From: Thelocarpon superellum
Taxonomy: Eukaryota
Direction: 5' to 3'
Assembly: GCA_026025795.1 (NCBI GenBank)
Contig: JAPEUG010000106.1
Coordinates: 1 to 45,027, forward strand
Length of the DNA: 45,027 nt
The notes under the pieces are model-generated. The model was given only the letters and a program-made list of their open reading frames with translations. It searched no databases and was not told the origin of the DNA. Shown piece by piece: positions 35,535 to 45,027 of this stretch. Both the position numbers and the translations under genes were made by a program. The number at the start of each line of letters is the position of its first letter. Position 1 is the stretch's first letter.

Positions 35535-36593
35535 CTGAGCGTACGTCATAACGACTTGACGATGGAAATCTTTTTCCTGGCGAATCATGGTCTTCCCATC
35601 TTTCTCTGCATGGCAAAGCATCGCAGAAATGATCAATGCATGGTGTTTGGGGCAGCGGCGCGACAGTGACCCACGATACATCCCTACCAGGAATACCGAG
35701 ATTTCCTTGTCCACAAACATCCACTGGAATAGCAACACCGGATGAACCAGATCTAAGATACATGCAGACCTCGCCCGTCTCCTTGGTACCTTCACTACCC
35801 AGTAAGAAAGCAGCAAATGAGGCTGCGAGAGAACCCATCGTAGACATGTGAACTCGAGGGACTCGGTCGCATTGACGTTGTAAGAACCCCCTATTGATGA
35901 CAGGGATGGAAAGGGAGGGGTGGACGGAGGGGTGTTGGATGTGAAACCTGCAGCTAGCCACCGTACAATCCAACTCTCTAGCACACCGCGCAGGTGTTCC
36001 CTTCATCTGCAACTTTCAGATAGGTACTCCTGCGAATTATCACCAGGTGCTGTTACTACTTGTAGCACCTAGTGATGATTCGTAGCAGTACATACCTCAT
36101 CGATTGAAGCTATCCCGAGGGGGTCGCCTTTCGGTCTCCCATGTCACAGCGTATGTACGTGGCTGATCAGAAGATATCTCCGCTGGTCGGTTGTGTGGTG
36201 TCGTGATCACTGCTGCTACTGCTCTTCCAGTACTAGAGCTACCAGGAAGGACAAGTCGTGTCTCCCTGGTCCCTTCCCAAATTCCCCCATACACAGCTCG
36301 ATGCGGCGTGTTGATGATTCCGTAGACGTCGCCCACTCTTGACCGCAAAGACCTGTGGCGTGTCATCCGAGATTGTCACGGAGCGTCTGTCCCTGTTCCC
36401 GACATTGAGGTTTCGACTGGACGGCTGGTTGGAAAAAGGGTTGATTCCTCGTACGAGCTATCCGCTATGCCAATAAGCTTGGACCGATGCTATCTATCAC
36501 CCCATCTTAACGGTGCTGCCAGCGCTGCTCCCATGGCAAGGTTGACTGGTATTTGCTCTCGATTCCCTCCTCCGCCTGCGATCCTGCCGACCT

Positions 36594-37180
36594 CTAAAAT
36601 GGCTGCGTCATATTGGTCAGATTGGCCCGGCACAAGTACACGGAGAGTGAGAGGCTTACATTGTCGGATGGTGGGACCTCGCGGACCCAATAGTCACCCA
36701 GCACAGGTACTCGCTGTTGGAGCCCCTCGCGTTAGACACGCCCTGCATCGGCGGACGAAGGGTGCCACTTACCTGCAAGATGTCTTTCCGGACGCGCGGG
36801 ACCCCTTCAAGGAAATAGATCGCAAAGATCCCGGCGACGGCACCAAATGCACCCAAGGTCAGGCCGCTATGCCACCATCCATTAGCCATCCCACGCGTCC
36901 AAGAGAGCGGATCCACGTACACGCTCGCCGCGGTTCTCGCCGTCATGCCATGAAAGTTGGCAGGAACCTTGTAGCTAGAGATTCCATCAGCCATGTTGTC
37001 GTCATCCAGCCAAGATGAGACGCAGTACCTCGGGCCATAAGGTGAGCGGTAGGGCCGGGCGTTAGGGGTGGCAAAGACCGTGGGGGACACCTGGTCATCA
37101 TGCATCCCGTCAGTCATGAGCAGTCGGGGAGGGGACATTCCACAGCCCGAAGATATCTGGACAAGGCGCTACCGTACCAT
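36594..37180 (-). CDS. QCR10: Cytochrome b-c1 complex subunit 10, 6 exons
   Basis: M|VSPTVFATPNARPYRSPYGPS|YKVPANFHGMTARTAASV|GLTLGAFGAVAGIFAIYFLEGVPRVRKDILQ|RVPVLGDYWVREVPPSDN|PF*. Introns at 37091-37177, 36975-37028, 36867-36920, 36714-36772 and 36603-36659. Confidence 0.92.
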
Positions 37181-39142
37181 TGTGCCGTGGGCAGTATGCA
37201 GAGGGTCGATCCTGGATCTGATCCTGTCTGCTCGTGGTTGACGTGAGCTTGGCTTGGAATCCAATTCGGGCTAATCACCATGCATCCTGGTTACCGCCGC
37301 TACCGTTCTCGTACCTAGGAGGCCTTCGACTTGCGGCAAACTCCGAAAATACTCGCGCTGTTGCTGCTCGACGGAACATCCGCCAGATTACCTAATGGCC
37401 GCGCAGCCGGCCAGACCTTTGGTGCGGCGTTGGGGAATGGCAGAGCCACGGTCAGGTGATTCCAGGGCTCCGCGATCGTCACACCCCTTTCGGAAGTCGC
37501 CGCTCGTCGCTGACCAACGTTTCGGGCGAATGGTCGTCGGGCCTGAGAAGAGGAAAACGTCACCCCCTTGCGTCAAGCGCATGATCGCCCGCCGTCTGCC
37601 GCCACCGTGGTAGGCTAACCACCGGCCCTACGGAAGTGGCCGTCCCTCTTGGGTGACTCCATGCTGACATACAAGGTGGTATTCGCCCCCCGTGCTTCGT
37701 GTCGCCCCTGTCGTCACGCAACCATCGAAATGAATTGGCCATGGATCAGCATCCGGCCCCCGGCGTCCAAGCTGGAAAAATATGCCTCGAATAGAAGGTC
37801 TATGCGAACGAGCTGCACGTACGAGCATGTAGGTACATGGACAGTGTCGGAAGCATCCGTGACTGTACCGTCGAGGATGCTGTTGGGGGCAAGTGCGATG
37901 GGGGGTGCAGGTCCAGCTCTCTGGTGGGATGGGAGGCGTGCAGTGGGCGACGGATGATGCGTGGGGGAAAGGGGAATGGGCGCGATGGTGGTCGTAAGGC
38001 TCGGCGGATGCTGTGCCGATCTGCATGCCGGGCCCCGAGCACCTCGCGCAACACGCACAACGCAAGACGCATCGCACGCCAACGTTGGCGAGCACTGGCT
38101 GCCACCTGCGCACGAGGAGCTGTCGGCCAGTGATGCGCAGCGACGGAGACCCCTCAAGCCATTGATCCGCCCAATAGGCTAGGCCGGGCCAGTGCGACGA
38201 GTCCTCCCGACCACTCCCTACAGTACTCGTTCGCCAGCCACTGCCGGGTGGATGATTGCGGCGGTAGTCGTGCTCCGGCTACGGGCATCGGGGTGATTAG
38301 CACCATAACGCAAGGACGGAGTACCACCGCCGCCGTACCAACTTGTACGATTAGGTCGAGGAGAATTAGTCTTTGCGGCAGGCAAAGGCAGAGGTAAAGG
38401 CGGATATCCTAGACCATATTGCATTGGTACCTTGCTTTCCCTGCATTTAGTCCCTCTCAGCCGGCGCCTCTGACGAGGCCGTTCATGCGGCTATCTGAAA
38501 TCTCAACGCGACTCACTCTGCTCGTGCTCGTCCATCACTCCGTCCGCGACATCGCCATTGCTACCACCGCCATCACGGCGACTGCTGCGACCTCCACCTG
38601 TCTCCTTCTCTCAACACCTCCTCCCATCAAGCTGTCGGCGTCGTGCCCGAGGGTCCCACCGCATGACGGGTTAGCATCGCACTGACCTCACACTGGCATC
38701 CTCTCGCCGCGGCCGTCAATCGTAAGACGGGTCTCGTTCGACCCTCGACACGCCCGTGGCCGCACCTCCGGCGGATGGACTCGAGCACGGCATTGGACCG
38801 TCCTCTTCCACGCACCATCACCCTCGTTCATCTTCATCCGCCCACCGCGCCGTCTGACGTCGTGCCATCTCCGTTGCCACTGGCCTGATTACGCCGCCAC
38901 TCTCGCTATCCCACGTCGTTTTCGTCGCCTGACCGGCCAGGGTGGTAATGGTCTCGTGGGGGACAACTCTTTCAACGCGACCAGCCGCGGCGTCAGCAGT
39001 CTTCTGCTGCATCTGGGCCTGAGGTCGCGACGGGCGTGCATGGTCTCCGGTGTAGACCGGTGTAGACCGTCCAATCTCTGCCCGCATTGGGTGAGGTCGT
39101 CCCTGGCCCGGCGTGGCAGCCTCGCAGGCCATCCCTCTCATC

Positions 39143-42100
39143 ATGAATCCACAGTACGCCCTGGACTCGCCGACGCTCCCGCACTCCGCGTCGCAGCATT
39201 TCCATTCTCGCCCCAACTACCCATCCCACCCGTCCCAATCGTCAACCACGCTTCCCCACAGTCTTCCCTCAGCTCCAGCGCCCTCAGCCGCTCTGGCCGT
39301 GGATCCGTCGGTCTATGTCACCAGCGCCGTCACGCCCACGACTCCGTTGACGCCCTTGACGCCTCGCACCCCCAACACGTCCCATCTATTCGCCGCCTCG
39401 TCGGCTGGCGCCTATCACACCATCACATCGCAAGCCTCGCTCCAAGAAGCATATCTCGACACCACCGCCGTTTTCTCCGCCCCGGGCTCCATGATGCCGC
39501 CTCTCACAGCGGCGCCCGCCGCGCTATCGACTGTCGCCTCGACGCCGCCACAAGGTCACCTCCCGCTTTCGCTCCCCCCTGGACCGGGCCCCGGCCTGCT
39601 GGAACAGTCGCCCCAGCTCTCGTCCGGCGAGTTCGACTCCTCCCACATCTTCCCCTCGCCTTCACACACCCTGGACCCTGAAGCACAGCCCACGCATGTG
39701 GTCGGATCGCAAGGCCGACGAGGCATCTTGCCCAGTGCGCCTGGACGCGCCGCAGCGACGGTCAACGGCAGCGCCAGCGGTAAGGGAGCCGTCATCCCGG
39801 CCAAAGATGCGGATGGGAAGTTTCCGTGTCCCCACTGCCACAAGACCTACCTCCACGCCAAACATTTAAAGCGGCACCTGCTACGGCACACGGGCGATCG
39901 GCCCTACCAGTGTGTGTTGTGTCGCGATACCTTTTCACGCAGCGACATCCTCAAGCGGCATTTTCAGAAATGCTCGCTCCGGCGTGGCAATCCCACCGGC
40001 GCCGGCCACTTGTCGCACTCGCAAGCTCACCTCCGCAAACCCGCGGGCGGACTCCCTGAATTGGCTGCCGCCAATGTCGATGAAACAGAGTTGTTGAGCT
40101 CCTACGAGGGTGCCGACGGACTGACGACGACGGCCCCGGCCCCGGCCCCGGCCCCGGCGATGTACGACCCGGGCGCCGGCGGTGACCAGGCATCTTTCAC
40201 GGATGAGTCGGCCCCCGCCTCGACGGTGGCGTCGCGACGGAACAGCCTCAAACGGCCCATCAGTGGAGGCACCGGTCGCGATCGGCGCAGCCTGACTGGC
40301 CCGGGGCCGTCGGGGTCCAACCGGGCCAGCTTCGACGGTAGCCACCTCAATGGGCAAGGGCTTGACCTATCCGCCGCCTTGGATCAGATTCACCCGCCCC
40401 TGTCAGGTCTGCGGGCGCTGGACCAACACCCCATGCCCTACCGAGCCTCCTATGACTTCACCAGCCATCCGCCCGACACGTCGGCGCTGAACAATGGTCG
40501 ACTTGGCGGCGGTCTCGGCGTGCTCAACCTGAGTCGTGGGCTAGGCTACAGCAACGGGGTCCAGGAGGGCCCAAGCCATGAGATCGATTGGGCCCAGCTC
40601 CTCCCTACCGATCCTCCGGCCGGGTTGACCAACCCTCTCTTCGATCCGCACATGGGATTAGGCCCCGTATCTTTGAAGACGGAGCCTCCACCCGGTGGTG
40701 GATCCTTCCCCTCGTCGACGGACGCGCATGAGGGGTGGTTCCATGGCCTCTACCCGTCCTCCAACACGAGCGCCGGCGACGCTTCGAGCGTCACCGAGGG
40801 CCTAGCGACGTGGCAGCTTGACATGGCCAAGACGGACCCGCTCCAAGATAAGGCTGATCAGCTAGTGTGCTACTGCTTTCCCGACACGGTCACACCTGGT
40901 TCGGAAGAGTGGCGACAGCGCGAAGAGACCAGAGGCTTCTTGACCGTGGACACGCTCCGTGACTGCGTGCGCCTCTTCTCGAACTTTCAGAGTCATTGGC
41001 CGATGATTCACATGCCCACGTTCAGTGTGATGGATGCCTACGAAGGGCTCTTGCTCACCATGATCTGCATTGGTGCCGTCTACTCCGACCGATGGAGCGT
41101 CGGACAAGTCCGCACGCTTCTCGAGCGATGTCGTAGCGCCACCGAGCGCACGTCGCCCCTCTTCCGGGCGGTGGCGATTGGCTGGGAGGATGGCGCGGGG
41201 TGGGATGGCACGGACGCGAACGCGAACGCGAACGCGGTGGGGGCGCCGACGGAGATTGAGCAGATCCAAGCCTTCACCATGATGCAGATCCTCTTCACCT
41301 GGCACGGGGAGCAGGAGCAGCGACGGATGGCCCGGCACACCTTCCCCCATGTCGTGGCCATGGCGCGACGCGCGGGCCTGGGACGACCGGTGGGCACGGG
41401 GCATGCGGCGTACAGCGTCTTCCATCAAGCAGACCTGAACTTGGAGCTGCACACCGCTGCGCCCTTTGACTGGCTGCCGTGGGTGGAGCAGGAAAAACGG
41501 GTGCGGATCATGTACAACATCTACTTGCTCGACACGGCGCTCGTCATCTACTTCAACAATTCGCCGCTCTACGAGAGCTTCGAGATTCGCAACCCTCTTC
41601 CGTCGGATGACGCGGCATGGGAGGCGCCGACGGCCAGCGATTGCGCCGACGCGCTGGGACTGCATGGACTGGTGGCGCAGGCCAAGAACGACACGGGTAG
41701 CCGGCGCGTGAAGCAACCGGAGATGCACCTGGCTCTGAAAGCACTCCTCCATCCGACGTATGAGCTCACACCGCGCAGCACCAACGTGTGCTCCAAGTTC
41801 GTGCTCATCCACGCGCTGCACGTGCAGCTCTGGACGACGCAGAAGCAGCTGGCGCAGGCGGGCGCCGGGGCCGGGGCCGGGGCCGGGGCCAGCGACGTCA
41901 GTCGGCCCGGCAGCGGCACCAGCACGCCCCTGGTGCCCAACGACTGGATCAGCGACGCGGTGCCGGGGACGGTGGAGGTGCCCGGGACGGCCATGTCGAC
42001 GCCGCAGCAGAAACTCAAGGCCATCACCAACGCGCTCGCCAAGTGGAAGAAGGCGTGGGACGAAGACATGGCAACGCAGTATCCGTCCGCCGCGCTGGCG

Positions 42101-42439
42101 TCGCGGCGGGTGGGCTTCGGGCGGGACGGCGTGCCCTTCTACTGGCTCGCTCGCGCCTTCTTACGCAACAGCCGGGTGTTGGACTGGCAGGTGCCGGCGG
42201 ACCAACGCGTGGTACAAGTCTTCAGCCTGCTGCGCAAGGTCAAGCAGTGGGTGGCCTCGGACAGCGCGCAGCGTGGCGAGGAGATGGGCGCGGTCGGCGC
42301 CATCGACGACAGCTACGGGGTGGACGAGCTGGCGTTGGATATGAAGCTGCTCTTCACCCCCATCTCGGAACGTCTCGACTCTCCGGTGAACGCGGTGCCG
42401 GTGAAGGCGATGCCGGGGAGAGTGGGATCGATCTTCTAG
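39143..42439 (+). CDS. C2H2 zinc-finger transcription factor with fungal-specific TF middle-homology domain (RfeC-like)
   Basis: Two fingers, FPCPHCHKTYLHAKHLKRHLLRHTGDRPYQCVLCRDTFSRSDILKRHFQKC, preceded by VVGSQGRRGILPS; then FSNFQSHWPMIHMPTF and WVEQEKRVRIMYNIYLLD...PLPSDDAAWEA. Single uninterrupted ORF; the true 5' end is uncertain. Confidence 0.88.
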   Translation: MNPQYALDSPTLPHSASQHFHSRPNYPSHPSQSSTTLPHSLPSAPAPSAALAVDPSVYVTSAVTPTTPLTPLTPRTPNTSHLFAASSAGAYHTITSQASLQEAYLDTTAVFSAPGSMMPPLTAAPAALSTVASTPPQGHLPLSLPPGPGPGLLEQSPQLSSGEFDSSHIFPSPSHTLDPEAQPTHVVGSQGRRGILPSAPGRAAATVNGSASGKGAVIPAKDADGKFPCPHCHKTYLHAKHLKRHLLRHTGDRPYQCVLCRDTFSRSDILKRHFQKCSLRRGNPTGAGHLSHSQAHLRKPAGGLPELAAANVDETELLSSYEGADGLTTTAPAPAPAPAMYDPGAGGDQASFTDESAPASTVASRRNSLKRPISGGTGRDRRSLTGPGPSGSNRASFDGSHLNGQGLDLSAALDQIHPPLSGLRALDQHPMPYRASYDFTSHPPDTSALNNGRLGGGLGVLNLSRGLGYSNGVQEGPSHEIDWAQLLPTDPPAGLTNPLFDPHMGLGPVSLKTEPPPGGGSFPSSTDAHEGWFHGLYPSSNTSAGDASSVTEGLATWQLDMAKTDPLQDKADQLVCYCFPDTVTPGSEEWRQREETRGFLTVDTLRDCVRLFSNFQSHWPMIHMPTFSVMDAYEGLLLTMICIGAVYSDRWSVGQVRTLLERCRSATERTSPLFRAVAIGWEDGAGWDGTDANANANAVGAPTEIEQIQAFTMMQILFTWHGEQEQRRMARHTFPHVVAMARRAGLGRPVGTGHAAYSVFHQADLNLELHTAAPFDWLPWVEQEKRVRIMYNIYLLDTALVIYFNNSPLYESFEIRNPLPSDDAAWEAPTASDCADALGLHGLVAQAKNDTGSRRVKQPEMHLALKALLHPTYELTPRSTNVCSKFVLIHALHVQLWTTQKQLAQAGAGAGAGAGASDVSRPGSGTSTPLVPNDWISDAVPGTVEVPGTAMSTPQQKLKAITNALAKWKKAWDEDMATQYPSAALASRRVGFGRDGVPFYWLARAFLRNSRVLDWQVPADQRVVQVFSLLRKVKQWVASDSAQRGEEMGAVGAIDDSYGVDELALDMKLLFTPISERLDSPVNAVPVKAMPGRVGSIF

Positions 42440-43488
42440 CGAGGCGCATCTGGCGCCCCCTCCACATTTACTCCGTCGCGCTGATCTCTTTCTCTTCATT
42501 GATCGCTTCTCTGGCTCGGGCTTGTGCCGGCCGAAAAGTTTAGGGTGGGATGGTCATTGGCCTCGGTGCCTCCGCACCAGGCTGGACCCGGGCATCTTTT
42601 GCGTGGACTCTGAGGACGGGGGCAGTAGCAGGAGCAGGAGCAGGAGCGGGAGCGGGAGCGGGACTTGTCATGATAGATGGAGCGCATGGGACACGCTCTG
42701 CAGCAGTAGAGATGTTATGCTCGGCCTTCGATGGCCATGAAGATGACATGAAGATGTGGAATGTGCGTGGCTGATGCTGTACCCGCTGGACTCGACTGCC
42801 GGTCGGAACGACACTCATAAGATACGAAGTCGCGACGTTATGGGAGTGCCTCGTACGATGAATAACTCGACTGCGACAGCGAGTTTGAACGTGGATCACC
42901 CCGTGACCAAGCGAGGCTCCGTCGCGGTCGGGTACGCCTGAGGCGCGGAGGGGTAAGATGGAATCACGAGGCATCTGATTGGCTGTTTGGTCATTCCTGC
43001 GCCGATGGGCGGATTCGACCGCGGCAGACTCCACTCGTCATCCGGCACCCGTGCCGCCAACCCTGGACCATCGGACCGTCGGCCACAGGCTGTCGGCATT
43101 ACCGGTACGTCGTACGTCGCTGTCCGATCAGCCGATGCGGGAGTTTGCGATTTATCGATCCCCTCATCTTGCCCACTTGTGCCACCGTCTGCCGCCATCT
43201 GCCAACAACGTCCGTCCTCTTCCCTCCTCCCTCCGCCGCTGATTCTGGGCCTGGGCACTTCCTTGGCCCGATCGACGACCAGCACGGTGCTCATCGTGCG
43301 TCTGCCTGAGCACGATCCGGGATTCCCTGTCGACCCTCTCTTCTTCCTTCCGCCTCCGCTCACCCGTGCACACGAGGCCCGTGTTTCTCGGTCGCCGTCC
43401 GGGAGGTCGAGGATCATCACGCATCACAAGGGGACGAGCGGAGTTGATGCTCGGTGGCCTGAGCGACGAGGGATCCACCACCACTACC

Positions 43489-44028
43489 ATGCCTACCAAC
43501 CGGCCCTTCCTCGCCAACTTCCTCGCCGCCTTCCGTGCACACTCGACCATCCAAAAATCATCAACCACCAGCGCCAGCAGTGCGTCATCCGTCGTCGTCA
43601 CCTCGACGAGTGTCGCCGCGGCGTCGTCCCATTCCACCACCTCGCCCACGGGTCCCCGCGCCATCGCCACCAAGGCGACGACGACGGGCCCGGGCGCGAC
43701 GACCGCAGCCGTGCAAGCTGCGGGCCATCTTCAGTCCGTGCGACGACAACAAACGTCCTCGTCACCCGGCGCACGCTCACCCACCTCGCCTGCCGTCTCG
43801 CCTGGTAGCCACAGCCACAGCCACAGCCACAGCCATCTAGGATCTTCGCCGGCGCAACGACGACGGAGCTCAAGTAGCTCAGGTGAGGGATTCCGGGACG
43901 TCTTGGGCGGAGAGAAGTGGTATATTGGCGGACGGAGCGCGGTAGGAGAAGAGAAGTTTTATCGGCTTGGCATGGCCAAACGACATCGGAGCATCGACCG
44001 ACTGAGTTTGGACCGACTCAGTATATGA
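43489..44028 (+). CDS. Conserved-looking small fungal protein of unknown function (179 aa, Ser/Thr-rich middle)
   Basis: The ATG is in good context (ACCATG). Ordered termini MPTNRPFLANFLAAFRAHS and EGFRDVLGGEKWYIGGRSAVGEEKFYRLGMAKRHRSIDRLSLDRLSI flank low-complexity sequence. I recall this pattern from Pezizomycotina hypothetical proteins. Confidence 0.75.
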   Translation: MPTNRPFLANFLAAFRAHSTIQKSSTTSASSASSVVVTSTSVAAASSHSTTSPTGPRAIATKATTTGPGATTAAVQAAGHLQSVRRQQTSSSPGARSPTSPAVSPGSHSHSHSHSHLGSSPAQRRRSSSSSGEGFRDVLGGEKWYIGGRSAVGEEKFYRLGMAKRHRSIDRLSLDRLSI

Positions 44029-44496
44029 CCTCTTGACGGACTCGGCCGGCGTCTGACCGCCAGGTTGTTACGGCTGTTTTCCCTTTCTCTCCCTCCCTCT
44101 TTCCATCTCTGCTTCTTTCCGCGGTATCATTGTACGGTCGTGAGGCGTCTGAGGGTTCCGTCCTTCATCACGCGGTGTACCGGCTGGGAGAGGGCATACG
44201 ACGTACGCATCTGGGCGGGATGCATGGGCCTGGGGCTCTAAAATGTGAATGCGAATGGGACCGGGGGACGAGAGGAATGGGCAGAGGGTCTCGTTGAAAG
44301 TGCTTCGACAGAGCCAACACGACACGATACACGGCACAAGACACGGGATACGGGACGCAGGACACATGGATCCTATCAAGGTAGACTCGTCTATTTTTCC
44401 GTGCAAAGAAACGGCTTTCTATCTATCATGAGGAAGAGGAGGAGGGAGACGATGAGGAAGAGAATGAAAGTATGATAAGACGTAGAATGAAGATGA

Positions 44497-44794
44497 TCAC
44501 GAGGTCGCACCGCCACCGCCACCGCCACCGCCACCGCCACTGCCACGCTCAAAATATGTCCACTGTCCCTCTGCAGGCTTTTCTCCGAGATCTTCCCATC
44601 TAGCACGCGCGAGGTTCGAGTTAGCATCGTATCAGATCTATGCCCACGTGGGATGTAAGCTGGCAGGTGGCGTGGACAGCGTAACTTACACCCTTGCCTC
44701 CGCCATCGTCTCGACCAGCTTCAGCTCCCCCTCGGCTACCTGGATGACTTCTTCGATCAAGCCGGCGCCGATCTGGTTCTCCAGCTCGGATATC
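44497..44794 (-). CDS. Last two exons of NADH:ubiquinone oxidoreductase 29.9 kDa subunit (NDUFA5 family); gene continues beyond the window
   Basis: ISELENQIGAGLIEEVIQVAEGELKLVETMAEARV|WEDLGEKPAEGQWTYFERG...*. Intron at 44600-44689; upstream acceptor CAG at 44795-44797 with a CTGAC branch site. Confidence 0.9.
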
Positions 44795-44893
44795 CTGGAA
44801 AGGGCATGTTCGTCAGCTGATGCCACCACGGGACGCGGGACGCTGCAAGGCAGTGCAGAGCAAAGGAGAGGGGAAAGGAGCAGAAAGGAGAGG

Positions 44894-45027
44894 AAGGCAG
44901 AAGGCAGAAAGGCAGAAAGGCAGAAAGGCAGAAAGGCAGAAAGGCAGAAAGGCAGAAAGGCAGAAAGGCAGAAAGGCAGAAAGGCAGAAAGGCAGAAAGG
45001 CAGAAAGGCAGAAAGGCAGAAAGGCAG
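44894..45027. repeat. Octamer microsatellite (AAAGGCAG)n, about 16 copies, running off the window end
   Basis: Directly visible perfect tandem array, located inside the inferred NDUFA5 intron. Confidence 0.97.

Noticed and set aside
35532..35670. CHIP stop in a TGA-CTG context, suggesting readthrough
   Set aside because: It is not the TGA-CTA motif, and the extension ends in no targeting signal.
42987..43808. 273-aa ORF overlapping the small conserved gene
   Set aside because: It has a non-ATG start and is a low-complexity translation of the 5' UTR plus an alternative frame; the 43489 frame carries the conserved-looking termini.
1..45027. Transposons, tRNA/rRNA/snRNA genes or a secondary-metabolite cluster
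   Set aside because: I saw no transposase or reverse transcriptase motifs, terminal repeats, cloverleafs, snRNA signatures or PKS/NRPS domains. A covariance-model search would be needed to exclude small RNAs.

Overview
This is a GC-rich, gene-dense stretch of a filamentous ascomycete (Pezizomycotina-type) nuclear genome with short spliceosomal introns. I reconstructed about 46 introns by eye, many of them 43-60 nt. The window holds 18 complete and 1 partial protein-coding genes, almost all housekeeping. In order: eIF2-alpha (SUI2), vacuolar TRP channel (YVC1), P5A-ATPase (SPF1), pyruvate dehydrogenase E2 (LAT1), SEC7, an intronless bacterial-looking glutathione S-transferase, an APSES/ankyrin Swi6/Cdc10-type factor, a LYR-motif protein, an Ats1-like GNAT, a METTL16-family m6A methyltransferase, PSF2, ALG10, a hotdog thioesterase, a CHIP-like TPR/U-box ligase, QCR10, a C2H2 fungal transcription factor (RfeC-like), a conserved small fungal protein, and the 3' part of NDUFA5. 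I found no transposon, tRNA, rRNA, CRISPR or biosynthetic cluster. The most interesting signals are at the RNA-processing level. (1) One 3' splice site of the METTL16 gene (UACAG|A) lies in a predicted hairpin loop resembling METTL16 substrates, which suggests autoregulatory splicing. (2) The SPF1 start codon is split by an intron (AT|G). (3) Two introns need rare GAG acceptors. (4) The GST is a horizontal-transfer candidate. All identifications come from motif recognition and hand translation, with no database searches.
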